Assembly: GCA_039586495.1 (NCBI GenBank)
Contig: JBDHKG010000020.1
Coordinates: 1,181 to 65,180, forward strand
Direction of reading: 5' to 3'
Length of the DNA: 64,000 nucleotides
From: Gemmatimonadota bacterium
GTDB lineage: Bacteria > Gemmatimonadota > Gemmatimonadetes > Palauibacterales > KS3-K002
Below, piece by piece: positions 12,083 to 22,401 of this stretch (the stretch's first letter is position 1; the number at the start of each line of letters is the position of its first letter). The position numbers and the translations under genes are program-made. Under the pieces are notes generated by a model. The model searched no databases. It was not told the origin of the DNA and saw nothing but the letters and a program-made list of their open reading frames with translations.

Positions 12083-12094
12083 CCGGATGGTGGC

Positions 12095-13834
12095 ATGTCC
12101 TCCCTCCTCGAGCGTCTGAAGGAGCGCAAGCTTTTCCAGTGGGCTCTGGCCTACCTGGCCGGTGCATGGCTCATCCTGCAGCTCGTCGAGGTGCTGGGAC
12201 AGATCTTCCAGTGGTCGCTCGCCGTCCAGCAGGGCATCACGGTTCTGCTAGCCATCGGCTTCTTCCTTGCCCTGGTCCTTGCCTGGTACCACGGCGAGAA
12301 AGGGCGTCAGCGTGCCAGCGGGGCGGAGCTTCTGATGATCGCGGCGCTGTTGGCGATCGCGGCCATCTTGCTCACCATCGTGGGGCCGAAAGAAGAAGCG
12401 GCTACGACCTCCGAACCGATGCTGGCGGTCGAGGGCGAAAAGCCGGCCGTCGCGGTCCTCCCCTTCGAGAATATCAGTCCCAATCCCGAGGACGCCTACT
12501 TCGCCGACGGGATGCACGAACAGATCACCTCGCAGCTTTCCCAGGTATCGGCGATCCGGGTGATCTCGCGGACTTCGGTGATGCAGTACCGCGAGGAGAG
12601 AAAGCCGGTTCGTGATATCGCTGCGGAGTTGGGCGTCAACTACCTGCTGGAAGGCAGCGCGCGAAAGGCCGAGGATCGGGTTCGGCTCACGGTGCAGCTC
12701 ATCGATGCTGATCGCGACGAGCACGTCTGGGCAGAGGAGTACGACCGGGACCTGACAGCCGCACACCTGTTCGAGATACAGAGTGAGGTAGCCGAAAGAG
12801 TCGCATCTGCCCTGGAGGTCGAACTCACCACAACCGAGCGCGAGCGGATCGAGCGGCACCCCACCGAGAGCCTCGCCGCCTACGACCTCTATCTGCTCGG
12901 CCGCTACTACTGGAACCAGCTGGACGCTGAGGGACTGAGGCGCGCCGTCGAGTACTTTGAAGGTGCGATAGATCTCGATTCCGATTTCGCGCTGGCGTAC
13001 ACCGGTCTCGCCGACACTTACATGATTCAAACGCAAGGCTGGGGCCTCGCGCCGAGGGATGTCTTCCCGAAGGCGCGTGAGGCGGCCACACGGGCGCTGG
13101 AACTGGATCCGACGCTGGCGGAGGCTCACGCCTCGCTCGGACACGTTCGACTCTTCTACGACTGGAATTGGGAGGGTGCTGAAGCTGCGTTTAGGCGGGC
13201 GATCGAGCTCAATCCGAACTACGCGCCGGCACCGCATTGGTTGGCGATGTGTCTCATGGCTCGGGCTCATTTTGCAGAGGCGATCCAGGCGGTCCAGCAG
13301 GCTCTCGCGCTGGATCCCCAGTCACCCTACGTCAGAATGAACGTGGGCTACATCTTTTATGTGTCTCGGCAATACGACCGGGCGCTCGCGGAATACAGCG
13401 ATGCTTTGGAGGCCCACCCGAATGCTGTGATGCGCGCTGTGCGCGGCGGGGTTTATGTGCAGCAGGGAATGTTCGACGAGGGCATCTCGGACATCGAGCT
13501 GGCCAGTGAGATGCTGGAGGGGCGCAACCTGATCCCTGCGGCCTACCTGGGCTTTGCCTACGCGCGTGCCGGTAGAAGAAACGATGCCGAGCGGGTTCTC
13601 CGTGAGCTTCAGGAAATCTCAGCCGAACGGTTCGTGAATCCCGACTACCTCGCGATCGTCCTTATCGGTCTCGGCGAGAACGACCGGGCGATCGAGTGGC
13701 TGTATCGGGCCACCGAGGCGCGGACCGACTGGCCCGTCTTCTTCCCGGTCGATCCGGTGACCGACTCGATTCGGTCAGACCCGCGATACCAAGAGCTTCT
13801 TCGCAGGGTCGGCTTGTCGGAGCTCATCGAGTGA
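12095..13834 (+). CDS. Receptor-like membrane protein, paralog 2: N-terminal conserved helix, TM segment, TolB-N-like periplasmic module and TPR repeats.
   Basis: N-terminal motif 'LKERKLFQWALAYLAGAWLILQ'. The module 'VAVLPFENISPNPEDAYFADGMHEQITSQLSQVSAIRVISRTS...LEGSARKAEDRVRLTVQLIDA' resembles a TolB N-terminal domain and is followed by multiple TPRs. Confidence 0.8.
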   Translation: MSSLLERLKERKLFQWALAYLAGAWLILQLVEVLGQIFQWSLAVQQGITVLLAIGFFLALVLAWYHGEKGRQRASGAELLMIAALLAIAAILLTIVGPKEEAATTSEPMLAVEGEKPAVAVLPFENISPNPEDAYFADGMHEQITSQLSQVSAIRVISRTSVMQYREERKPVRDIAAELGVNYLLEGSARKAEDRVRLTVQLIDADRDEHVWAEEYDRDLTAAHLFEIQSEVAERVASALEVELTTTERERIERHPTESLAAYDLYLLGRYYWNQLDAEGLRRAVEYFEGAIDLDSDFALAYTGLADTYMIQTQGWGLAPRDVFPKAREAATRALELDPTLAEAHASLGHVRLFYDWNWEGAEAAFRRAIELNPNYAPAPHWLAMCLMARAHFAEAIQAVQQALALDPQSPYVRMNVGYIFYVSRQYDRALAEYSDALEAHPNAVMRAVRGGVYVQQGMFDEGISDIELASEMLEGRNLIPAAYLGFAYARAGRRNDAERVLRELQEISAERFVNPDYLAIVLIGLGENDRAIEWLYRATEARTDWPVFFPVDPVTDSIRSDPRYQELLRRVGLSELIE

Positions 13835-13881
13835 AGGCACAGGCTCGACTGGACACGCTCATTCTTCTGGAGGGACCGCTG

Positions 13882-14406
13882 ATGAAGCGCGCACCGATCG
13901 TAGCGACCATCGCACTCCTGCTCGCTGCAACCGCCGGGCAGGCTCAGGAAGCGAAGCCGGGCCCCGAGCACGAGAAGCTCGGGTTCTGGATCGGCGAGTG
14001 GCAGATCGAGGCGGAGGCGAAACCCAACCCCCTGTTCCCCGAAGGGCCGTACTACGGCGCGATGACCGCCGAGTGGTTCGAGGGTGGGTTCCACGTTCTC
14101 GTTCGCACTGATTGGACGGGAGCTCTGGGGCCTTACGCCGAGCTCAACATCCTGGGCTACGATCCGCTCGCCGAGGAATACTTCAACTATGCCGTCGATG
14201 GTCTGGGTAGCAACATGGTGTTCACCGGTCCGGCGGAAGACAACGTCTTCACCTACCTGGCCGAGTTCGAGGCCGAGGGGACGCACGTCGCTTTCAGGTG
14301 GACGGTCACCGACGTATCGCCCGGGGTGATCACCTGGACGAGTGAGCTGTCCATCGATGGCGGCCCGTGGATCTTGGCCGGCGAGGCGAAGGCTACGCGG
14401 CAGTGA
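13882..14406 (+). CDS. Secreted hypothetical protein (DUF1579-like), inserted within the paralog array.
   Basis: The internal ATG at 13882 gives MKRAPIVATIALLLAATAGQAQE, a signal peptide, with GGAGGG 7 nt upstream. The overlapping minus-strand ORF 13645..14424 is antisense junk. Confidence 0.6.
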   Translation: MKRAPIVATIALLLAATAGQAQEAKPGPEHEKLGFWIGEWQIEAEAKPNPLFPEGPYYGAMTAEWFEGGFHVLVRTDWTGALGPYAELNILGYDPLAEEYFNYAVDGLGSNMVFTGPAEDNVFTYLAEFEAEGTHVAFRWTVTDVSPGVITWTSELSIDGGPWILAGEAKATRQ

Positions 14407-14433
14407 GGCCGGGTATCCGACCATGATGACAGC

Positions 14434-16428
14434 ATGAGCCTCCGCGTGTTCTTGTCCGAGCTCAAACGCCGCCGCGTCTACCGCGTCGCCGTCGTCTACG
14501 CTGCGGTCGCTTTCGTCATCTGGCAGGCGGCGGACTTCGCTCTGCCGGCACTGAGACTCCCGGACTGGGTCCCCACACTGGTCGTCGTTCTCACTCTCAT
14601 CGGTTTCCCCATAGCTCTTGTTCTAGCGTGGGCGTTCGATATCACGCCGGACGGTCTGAAGCGTACGGAGCGGGTGAGCCATGCCGCGGCCGCGGGAACG
14701 AGCCGCCGCGGTGCTATCGCGGTCTTCGTCGCCGGAGCGCTGCTGGCCTTCGTTGCCGCCCTTGTCCTCCTGTACCCACGGCACGGTCCGATGCTCGATC
14801 GAGAGCGGGTCGTGGTCGCCGTCTTCGAGAATCAGACCGGAGATCCGTCCCTGGACCCGGTCGGCCGAATGGCGCAGGACTGGATCACCCAGGGCATCGC
14901 CCGCACCGGCCTGGTCAAGGTTGTCCCCACGTTAGAGGCCCTGCGGTCATTCCAGTACGTGGAAGCACAGGCGGGCGCGCTGAGCGCGGCGAGGGGAATC
15001 CGATCGTTTGCTGAGGAGACTGGAGCCGCGTTCGTGGTCTGGGGCAGCTACTACCGGCAGGGAGAGATCCTGCGATTCCAGGTCCAGGTATCCGACGCGA
15101 GCGGTCGCGCCGCGAGACTTGTCGCGGCCCTCGACCCCGTCGACGGCGCGGCCGAGGACCCCGTAGGTGCCCTGGAGGTACTGCGCCAGCGTGTCATGGG
15201 TGCGTTGGCCAGCTTCTTGGATTCGCGGTTGAGCGGTTTCGGCGACGAGTTCGCATCACCGCCCACCTACGAGGCATACCTCGCGTTTGTCCGATGTGTC
15301 GAGCTGTACGTTGCGGGAGAGATAGCGGGCTCCGTCGAGCATTGCCTCAGGGCTCATGCATCGGATACGACGTACGTGCTGCCCCTACTGCACGCGGCGG
15401 TTTCCTACTCCGTCCTCGGCCGGCCTACCCAGGCGGATTCTCTCCTTCGAATCGCGGCGCGTGCCCGAGATCGGCTGTCCCGAGGCGAGCGGCTCTGGCT
15501 GGACCATTGGCGGGCCTACGTGGACGGGGATCACGGGGAGGCGCTCCGCCTGGCTCGCGAGGGTGCCGATCTCATCGGTGGGCAGGCTTGGCACTACGCC
15601 GTCGGCGACGACGCGATATACGCCAACCGGCCGCAGGCGACGCTGGAGGCCTCTGCCCGCATCGATCCTGCGCGCGGCTGGGTCAGAGGTTGGGTGTACT
15701 ACTGGGACAACCTGACCAAGGCCTACCATATGCTCGGCGACCACGAGCGCGAATTGCAGCAAGCCAGACGTGGCCGCCGGCAATACCCGGAGTCCCAGCA
15801 GGCGCTCCAGTACGAGCTGCGAGCACTGGCCGCTCTCGGGCGAGTCGATCAGGTCCGCGCACTTCTGGAGGAGAGTCGTAGGCTGCCGGGGACCCCGTAC
15901 TGGTATGTGAGGCATTCCCGCGACGCCGCGTACGAGCTGCGCGTCCACGGCCATCGAGGAGCAGCCGACGAGATCATCCAGCGTGCGCTGGACTGGCTGC
16001 GCGCCCGTCCCCCTGAGGAGACAGCGACGACGGCTCACAGGGGTCATCTCGCGTTCACCCTGTACGGCGCCGAGCGTTGGCAGGAAGCTGGGGAGGTGTT
16101 CGATTCCCTGGCGGCCGAGTTTCCCGGGGATCTGGACTATACGACGGGGTACCCGGGCGTTGTCGCAGGGCGGCTGGGCGAGCGCGAGACGGCGCTGCGC
16201 TTTGACGGCGCGCTGGCGGCGCAGGACGCGCCCTTTCTGAACGGGGCGAATACCTACTGGCGGGCCCGCATCGCGGCGGTGCTCGGAGATCGAGAGCGGG
16301 CGGTTGAGCTGCTGCGTGCCGCGTATGCCGAGGGCTATAAACACGGCATACACGTCCACCGCGACATGGACTTCGAGTCCTTGTATGACTACGCGCCGTT
16401 CCTCGACCTGCTTCGGCCGAAGGGATAG
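14434..16428 (+). CDS. Receptor-like membrane/TPR protein, paralog 3.
   Basis: MSLRVFLSELKRRRVYRVAVVYAAVAFVIWQAADFALPALRLPDWVPTLVVVLTLIGFPIALVLAWAFDITPDG, then a second TM and a long TPR-like C-terminal region. Confidence 0.8.
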   Translation: MSLRVFLSELKRRRVYRVAVVYAAVAFVIWQAADFALPALRLPDWVPTLVVVLTLIGFPIALVLAWAFDITPDGLKRTERVSHAAAAGTSRRGAIAVFVAGALLAFVAALVLLYPRHGPMLDRERVVVAVFENQTGDPSLDPVGRMAQDWITQGIARTGLVKVVPTLEALRSFQYVEAQAGALSAARGIRSFAEETGAAFVVWGSYYRQGEILRFQVQVSDASGRAARLVAALDPVDGAAEDPVGALEVLRQRVMGALASFLDSRLSGFGDEFASPPTYEAYLAFVRCVELYVAGEIAGSVEHCLRAHASDTTYVLPLLHAAVSYSVLGRPTQADSLLRIAARARDRLSRGERLWLDHWRAYVDGDHGEALRLAREGADLIGGQAWHYAVGDDAIYANRPQATLEASARIDPARGWVRGWVYYWDNLTKAYHMLGDHERELQQARRGRRQYPESQQALQYELRALAALGRVDQVRALLEESRRLPGTPYWYVRHSRDAAYELRVHGHRGAADEIIQRALDWLRARPPEETATTAHRGHLAFTLYGAERWQEAGEVFDSLAAEFPGDLDYTTGYPGVVAGRLGERETALRFDGALAAQDAPFLNGANTYWRARIAAVLGDRERAVELLRAAYAEGYKHGIHVHRDMDFESLYDYAPFLDLLRPKG

Positions 16429-16434
16429 CCGGCT

Positions 16435-18240
16435 ATGAAAGAAGAGCGTTCGAGCTTCAGTGCGCTGCTCGCCGAGCTCAGACGCCGCCGCGTCTACCGG
16501 GTCGCCGTCGTCTATGCGGTTGTCGCCTTCGTCATCTGGCAGGCGGCGGAGATCGCCTTCCCGGCTCTGAACCTGCCGCCCTGGACGCTCACCTTCGTCG
16601 TCGTTCTGACCCTCCTGGGTTTCCCCATCGCGCTCGTACTCGCCTGGGCGTTCGATATCACACCGGAAGGTGTGAAGCGCACGGCACCGGGTGCGGGAGC
16701 GGCGCCGCTTTCGACTCGACGTGGTGGAGCTATCGTGGCGGCTGCGGGTCTTGCGGTCGTGGCGCTGGTCGTCGCGGCCGGCTGGCTCCTACTGCGGGAG
16801 GAAGGCGGTGCCTCCGCCGACAGGACGATGCTGGTGGTGCTGCCGCTCGAGAATCTGGGGGCTGCGGACGACGAGTACTTCGCTGACGGTGTATCCGAGG
16901 AGATACACTCCAAGCTCAGCGCCGTCAGTGCCCTCGGAGTCATCGGGCGAACAAGTGCCCGTCAGTACAAGAACACCGACAAGACGATCTCGGAGATTGG
17001 CGACGAACTCGGCGTCGATTTTATCGTGGATGGTGCGGTCCGCCTGCAACACCAGCAGGGCAGCCGCGTGGTTCGTGTCAACACCGAGCTGATCCGGGTG
17101 TTGGATGCGAGGAGCATCTGGTCGAACACTTACGAAGCCTTGCTGGAAGACATCTTCCGGGTGCAGACCGATATCGCGCTTCACGTCGCTGAGGCGCTGG
17201 AGGTCACACTCCTCCAGCCCGAGCGCAGGTCGTTGACGGCTCGACTGACCGAGAATCTTCAAGCCTACGACTACTACCTCTTAGGTCGCCAATACCTGGC
17301 TCAGTGGGAGCTGGGAGCCATCGAGCAAGCTATCCAGTACTTCCGACGCGCCGTTGAAGCGGATTCCAGCTACGCTCGGGGCTACGCGGGCCTGGCGTAC
17401 GCCTATGCCGTTCTGGGGGGCTTTGGGGGCGTTCATCCGAACGACTCTTGGCCCTATGCGAGGGTGGCAGCAGAAAAGGCTTTGGCGCTGGACGAGGGAT
17501 TGGCGGAGGCCCACACCGCAATGGCAGTCGAGGCGATGTCGCATCGCTACGAGTGGCGGGCGGCGAGGGAAGAGTTCGAGCGAGCCCTCGAGCTCAACCC
17601 GAGTTCCGTTGACGCTCTAGTGTGGTACGCGATGCTTGAGGGCGGGATATGGGGACAGTTCGATCGTGCCATGGAGCTCTTGGTGCGTGCCGAACGATTG
17701 GACCCGCGCTCTAGGGAGGTCAGCTACAACATCGGGTGGCCGCTGCTCTGGGCTGGACGGCAGGAGGAGGCCGTGGCAGCGTTCGAGAGCCTAGTGGCGT
17801 CGGAGCCGGAGTACTACGGGGGCCACGAGGGTCTCGCCATTGCTCTGATGGCACAGGGCAGGTACGAGGAAGCGCTCGCTGCAGCACAAACCACGATGGC
17901 TGTGGGCGATCCCAACTATGATCCGGCGATCGGTCTCCTCGGGTATCTCTTCGGCCGATTGGGACGGAGAGCCGACGCCTTGAAGCAGCTCGAGCGACTC
18001 GACGAGCTCGCCGCGCGTGGGAGATACGTGTCGCCCGTGAGCAGAGCGCACGTCTACGCTGGGCTCGACGAGCCTGACGAAGCGTTCGCGTGGCTGGAGA
18101 AGGGCTACGAAGAGCGAACGCACTGGCTCATCTGGTTGGGAAGGGAGCCGTACGATTGGGAGAACCTGGCGTCCGACCGGCGCTTCCAAAATCTGGTCCG
18201 TCGCATGAACTTCCCGCGTCCGATGGCCGAAGCGAGATGA
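16435..18240 (+). CDS. Receptor-like membrane/TPR protein, paralog 4.
   Basis: ELRRRRVYRVAVVYAVVAFVIWQAAEIAFPALNLPPW..., then a TolB-N-like module ('LVVLPLENLGAADDEYFADGVSEEIHSKLSAVSALGVIGRTS') and TPRs. The start is 7 nt after the previous stop. Confidence 0.8.
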   Translation: MKEERSSFSALLAELRRRRVYRVAVVYAVVAFVIWQAAEIAFPALNLPPWTLTFVVVLTLLGFPIALVLAWAFDITPEGVKRTAPGAGAAPLSTRRGGAIVAAAGLAVVALVVAAGWLLLREEGGASADRTMLVVLPLENLGAADDEYFADGVSEEIHSKLSAVSALGVIGRTSARQYKNTDKTISEIGDELGVDFIVDGAVRLQHQQGSRVVRVNTELIRVLDARSIWSNTYEALLEDIFRVQTDIALHVAEALEVTLLQPERRSLTARLTENLQAYDYYLLGRQYLAQWELGAIEQAIQYFRRAVEADSSYARGYAGLAYAYAVLGGFGGVHPNDSWPYARVAAEKALALDEGLAEAHTAMAVEAMSHRYEWRAAREEFERALELNPSSVDALVWYAMLEGGIWGQFDRAMELLVRAERLDPRSREVSYNIGWPLLWAGRQEEAVAAFESLVASEPEYYGGHEGLAIALMAQGRYEEALAAAQTTMAVGDPNYDPAIGLLGYLFGRLGRRADALKQLERLDELAARGRYVSPVSRAHVYAGLDEPDEAFAWLEKGYEERTHWLIWLGREPYDWENLASDRRFQNLVRRMNFPRPMAEAR

Positions 18241-18247
18241 GAGAGCG

Positions 18248-19988
18248 ATGAACGATCCGCCGTCTCGTCTGAACTCCTTCCTTAGCGAACTGAAACGCCG
18301 CCGCGTCTATCGCGTCGCCGTCGTCTATGTGGTCGTGGGTCTGGGTGTCCTTGGCGCCGCCGAGGTCATCCTGGACCCGCTCGGCCTGGAAGCCCTCCGG
18401 GCCTACATCGTTATCCTCGTGCTGCTCGGCTTCCCCATCGCCCTTGTCCTCGCGTGGGCATATGAGGTGAAGCCGGAAGAGCCAAGAGAGGCCGAGCCGA
18501 TCACCACAGCGATCATCGAAACCGCAGAGACCGAGCGTAAGAAATCCATCGTTGTCCTCCCATTCGACAACCTTAGTCCCGATCCCGGGGATGCCTACTT
18601 CAGTGACGGGTTGACGGAAGAGGTCATCACCAACCTATCGCACCTCCAGTCTTTGCGTGTGATCTCGAGAAACTCGGCGATGGCGCTCAAGGGCTCCCAG
18701 AAGGACACACGGACCATTGCTGAAGAGCTCGACGTTCAATACGTCCTTGAAGGGAGCGTGCGGAAGGCAGGGGATGATCTGCGCATTACGGCTCAGCTGA
18801 TCGATGCGGGGAGTGACGAGCATCTCTGGGCAGAGAAGTACGACGGACGGCTCGAAGATGTCTTCGAGATGCAGGAGAAAGTGTCTCGTTCCATTGTTGA
18901 CGCCCTCGCGCTCAGGCTGAGTCCGGCAGAGGAGCGCAGGCTGGCTGATCGTCCGATCAAGAACCTCACCGCCTTCGAGTGTTTGTTGAGAGCGAGAGCC
19001 GACATGTGGCTTCTGAGTAGCGAAGGCCTCGACCGTGCACTCGATTGGGCCGAGCGTGGTCTCAGCATCGTGGGTGACGATGCGGAGCTACTGGCCATGA
19101 AGGGCGTCATCCTCTTCCAGTACGTCAACACCCTGGCCGCGCCTCCGGAGACCTATTCGTCGCTCATGGGGCAGGCGCAGGCATGTGCAGACCGAGCGTT
19201 ATCTCTCAACCCTGAGTCAGGGTGGGTCCAATGGGTGCAGGCCGCGATCCGCCATCAGAGCGGTGATCCGGGGGGGATGATCCGGCACATGGACAGGGCG
19301 GTTGCCCTGGAACCGAGCCATGCGGACGCACTCATGTTACTTGGGTATCAGCTTGCTGCGGTGGGTCGGCATCTCGATCACGCACACCGGTTGTTGACCC
19401 GAGCCGCTGAGTTGGATCCGCTCACGCCGATGATCCAGGGAGCCCTCGGTGCGCTCAAGATGTTCGAAGGCGAGTTCTCGGAAGCCGCGAACTGTTTCAG
19501 CGATTGGCAGCAGGCGTTGGAGAAGGGGGAAAAGTCCCTTTCGGTTCTGGGTCGCCTGGATTCATGCGGCGAGCGGAAACCTCGACGAGGCCGTCCGGCT
19601 CGTGGATCAGATGGTGAGCGATTCCCCGGACCATATCCTCACGAAGGGAATGAAGTTCCTGAGACACGCCTGGCTCGGACAGCGGGCGGCGGCCGTGGAA
19701 GCACTGACGGACGAATGGGAGAAGGCGGCCCGCTGGGATGACTTCTATCCCCTCCTCATGGCGGACGGATATGCCCTTATCGGAGAACCAGAGCTTGCCC
19801 TCCGGTGGTTGGAGTACACGATCGACTATGGGATCAGGAATCCCGCGTTCCTCGGGAAGCATGAGCCATTCCTCGAGCCCCTTCGGTCCACCCAGCGGTT
19901 TGGAGAACTGATGGAAAAGGCGACCCGGCTGTCGGAGCCCCTCCCCGTACCTGCAGAGTCAATCCAACTGATGGGCGGCGGCCGATGA
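18248..19988 (+). CDS. Receptor-like membrane/TPR protein, paralog 5. It needs a +1 frameshift near 19520..19560 to reach its conserved C-terminus.
   Basis: N-terminus SELKRRRVYRVAVVYVVVGLGVLGAA plus the TolB-N-like module. ORF 18248..19741 ends in junk ('RKPRRGRPARGSDGERF...'). Frame 0 (19449..19988) encodes a plausible C-terminus ('WIHAASGNLDEAVRLVDQMVSDSPDHIL...RWLEYTIDYGIRNPAFLGKHEPFLEPLRSTQRFGELMEKA'). A homopolymer gggggaaaag sits at 19526..19534. Confidence 0.6.
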
Positions 19989-22351
19989 ATCTGCACGTGT
20001 TCTTCTCGGAACTGAAACGCCGCCGCGTCTACCGCGTCGCGGTTGTCTACGCCGCCGTCGCCTTCGTCATCTGGCAAGCGGCCGAGATCGCCTTCCCGGC
20101 GCTCAGCGTTCCGGATTGGGCGCTCACGCTGGTCGTCGTTCTCACACTCATCGGCTTCCCCATCGCCGTCGTCCTCGCCTGGGCCTTCGAGATCACGCCC
20201 GAAGGGGTGAAGCGCACCGCGCCGGCGAGTGGCGCGCCCGCGGAGGTGGTGCGTCCGTCGATTCGGAGGTTCCGGCTCGCAGCCGCGGCAGCGGTCGTCC
20301 TGGTCGTGATCGTCGCCGCGTGGTGGGCCTGGGCGCGGCGGCCCTCGCCGGTGTCAGATCTGTCCGCCAATCGCATCGCCGTCTTTCCCTTCGCGATTCG
20401 GGGTGAGGAAGATCTTCTGTACCTGCACGAGGGCATGGTCCACCTGCTGAGCAATGCGCTGGACGGCGCCGGTGAGCTCCGCACCGTTGATCCCCACGCG
20501 CTCCTGAGCGGTCTGTCGGTGCAAGAGGGGGACGCGCCCGATCCAGAGACGGCGGGCGCCGTCGCTGCTCGCTATGGCGCGGGTCTCTATGTGTTAGGAA
20601 GCGTGGTCGGCTCGGCGGAGCGGATGGAGATGACGGCGTCGCTGTACGATGCGACCAGAGGCGACAGAACCACCGCCGAGACCGTGCCCGGGCGTGAAAT
20701 GGACATCCATGATCTTGTGGACGAGCTCGCCCGCGGCCTGGTTGCGGAGCTGGCAGGTCGGCCGGGCGACCGGCTCGTGGGTCTCGCGGCGCGTACGACC
20801 CGGTCCGTTCCCGCTCTTAAAGCCTACTTGGAGGGTCAGGTTGCTCTGGGGCACGTTGACCTGAACGGAGCGATCGAGGCGTTCCGCGGCGGTGTCGAAT
20901 TGGACAGCGGTTTCGTTCTGGCCCGTTACAAACTGGCGGTCGTGACCGCCTGGGAAGGTAGCGGTCAGCAGGGGCGCATGCTGGCCGTTCGCGCCCTGCG
21001 CGACAGCGCAATGCTTCCTCCTCGCGAGCGCCGCCTGCTTGTGGGCCTGCACGCTTTTCTGACGGGTGACATACAGACTGCGGAAGAAGCGTACGGCGCC
21101 GTCTTGGGGGAGTACCCCGATGAGGTGGAAGCCAACTACATGTTGGGAGAGACCCTCTTTCACCTGAGCCCCTATCGCGGACGCTCGATGCAACGTGCTC
21201 GAGGTCCGTTAGAGCGTGCTCTGGTTGTGAATCCCGACGATGTCATCACTCTTCATCATCTGGCGGCACTCGCCATCAAGCGAGGCGATATGGTCGCGGC
21301 CGATTCACTGGTGCGCCACGCATTGGCAGCTGAGCCGGCCCCGTGGTTCGGCACCTCTCTACATGTGATGCGGGCCCTAACGAGCGACGATCACACCTTA
21401 CGCGTCGCGGCGGAAGGCGAGCTGGTATCAGTGGAGACGCTTGGGTTGTACGGGTCTGCAATGGTGGCCACTTCAGTCTTCCATCAACCGCGCGAGGGTC
21501 GCTGGGTCGTCGAGGCGCTGACAGCGTCGCACCGGCCCAGTCAGGTCCGGGCCGCAGGCCATGCCATGCTTGCCTACCTCGATGTGGCCAATGGTCGTTG
21601 GAACCAGGCCGAGCAGGAGCTGCTTGAGGTGGATCATCTGTACCCCATCGGCCCGAGCTACCGGGCCTACCTCGTCCTGCTCCCGCTGACCCCGTACGAC
21701 CAGGCTGAGCTGGAACGACGACTCGCTGAGGTGGCGGACTGGGATGCGGCGGGTACACCGCCCAGTTCGTTCGCCCAGTTGCTGCCGCCACACGAGGTGC
21801 AGCCGGCCATCCGTGTTTATCTACTGGGGATGTTGAATGCGCGGCTCGCTCGTGACTCGGCTGCGCTTGCTCACGCTGACCGCCTGCAGCAGGTGGAGTG
21901 GACGGTCGGCGGCAATATCTCGGCGACACTGGCACCGGGGATTCGCGCAGCCCTCGCGGCCGCCCACGGTGAGGTGGAGCAGGCACTGCGATTACTGGAA
22001 GCGGCGCCGTTCGAGGGGAATTATGAAGAGCTCGTATCGTCGCCCGTGCTCGCGATGGCCGCGGAGCGCTACTTGATGGCCGAGCTGCTCGTGGCCGTAG
22101 GTCGCAGCCGCGACGCGCTCGGCTGGTTCGCGTCGCTGGGTGGCTTGCAGCCCTACGAGATTGCCTACGTCGCGCCGGCGCATCTACGTCGCGCACAGAT
22201 CCACGAGCGCCTAGGTGAGCTGCAGCAGGCCGCGGAGCACTACGCCCGCTTCATCGAGCTCTGGCGGGACTGCGACCCTGAACTGCGGGCTCTTGTCGAG
22301 GAAGCCGAGCGCCGGCTGGAGGCGCTGGCCGAGTCGCCCGCCAGCCCCTAA
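19985..22351 (+). CDS. Receptor-like membrane/TPR protein, paralog 6, with a divergent ectodomain.
   Basis: MNLHVFFSELKRRRVYRVAVVYAAVAFVIWQAAEIAFPALSVPDWALTLVVVLTLIGFPIAVVLAWAFEITPEGVKRT. The start overlaps the previous stop (ATGA). Confidence 0.8.
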   Translation: MNLHVFFSELKRRRVYRVAVVYAAVAFVIWQAAEIAFPALSVPDWALTLVVVLTLIGFPIAVVLAWAFEITPEGVKRTAPASGAPAEVVRPSIRRFRLAAAAAVVLVVIVAAWWAWARRPSPVSDLSANRIAVFPFAIRGEEDLLYLHEGMVHLLSNALDGAGELRTVDPHALLSGLSVQEGDAPDPETAGAVAARYGAGLYVLGSVVGSAERMEMTASLYDATRGDRTTAETVPGREMDIHDLVDELARGLVAELAGRPGDRLVGLAARTTRSVPALKAYLEGQVALGHVDLNGAIEAFRGGVELDSGFVLARYKLAVVTAWEGSGQQGRMLAVRALRDSAMLPPRERRLLVGLHAFLTGDIQTAEEAYGAVLGEYPDEVEANYMLGETLFHLSPYRGRSMQRARGPLERALVVNPDDVITLHHLAALAIKRGDMVAADSLVRHALAAEPAPWFGTSLHVMRALTSDDHTLRVAAEGELVSVETLGLYGSAMVATSVFHQPREGRWVVEALTASHRPSQVRAAGHAMLAYLDVANGRWNQAEQELLEVDHLYPIGPSYRAYLVLLPLTPYDQAELERRLAEVADWDAAGTPPSSFAQLLPPHEVQPAIRVYLLGMLNARLARDSAALAHADRLQQVEWTVGGNISATLAPGIRAALAAAHGEVEQALRLLEAAPFEGNYEELVSSPVLAMAAERYLMAELLVAVGRSRDALGWFASLGGLQPYEIAYVAPAHLRRAQIHERLGELQQAAEHYARFIELWRDCDPELRALVEEAERRLEALAESPASP

Positions 22352-22401
22352 TTTGGATCTTCCCAACCACAGTTCCTGATTCTCAACGCTGGAGGGACAC
22401 C

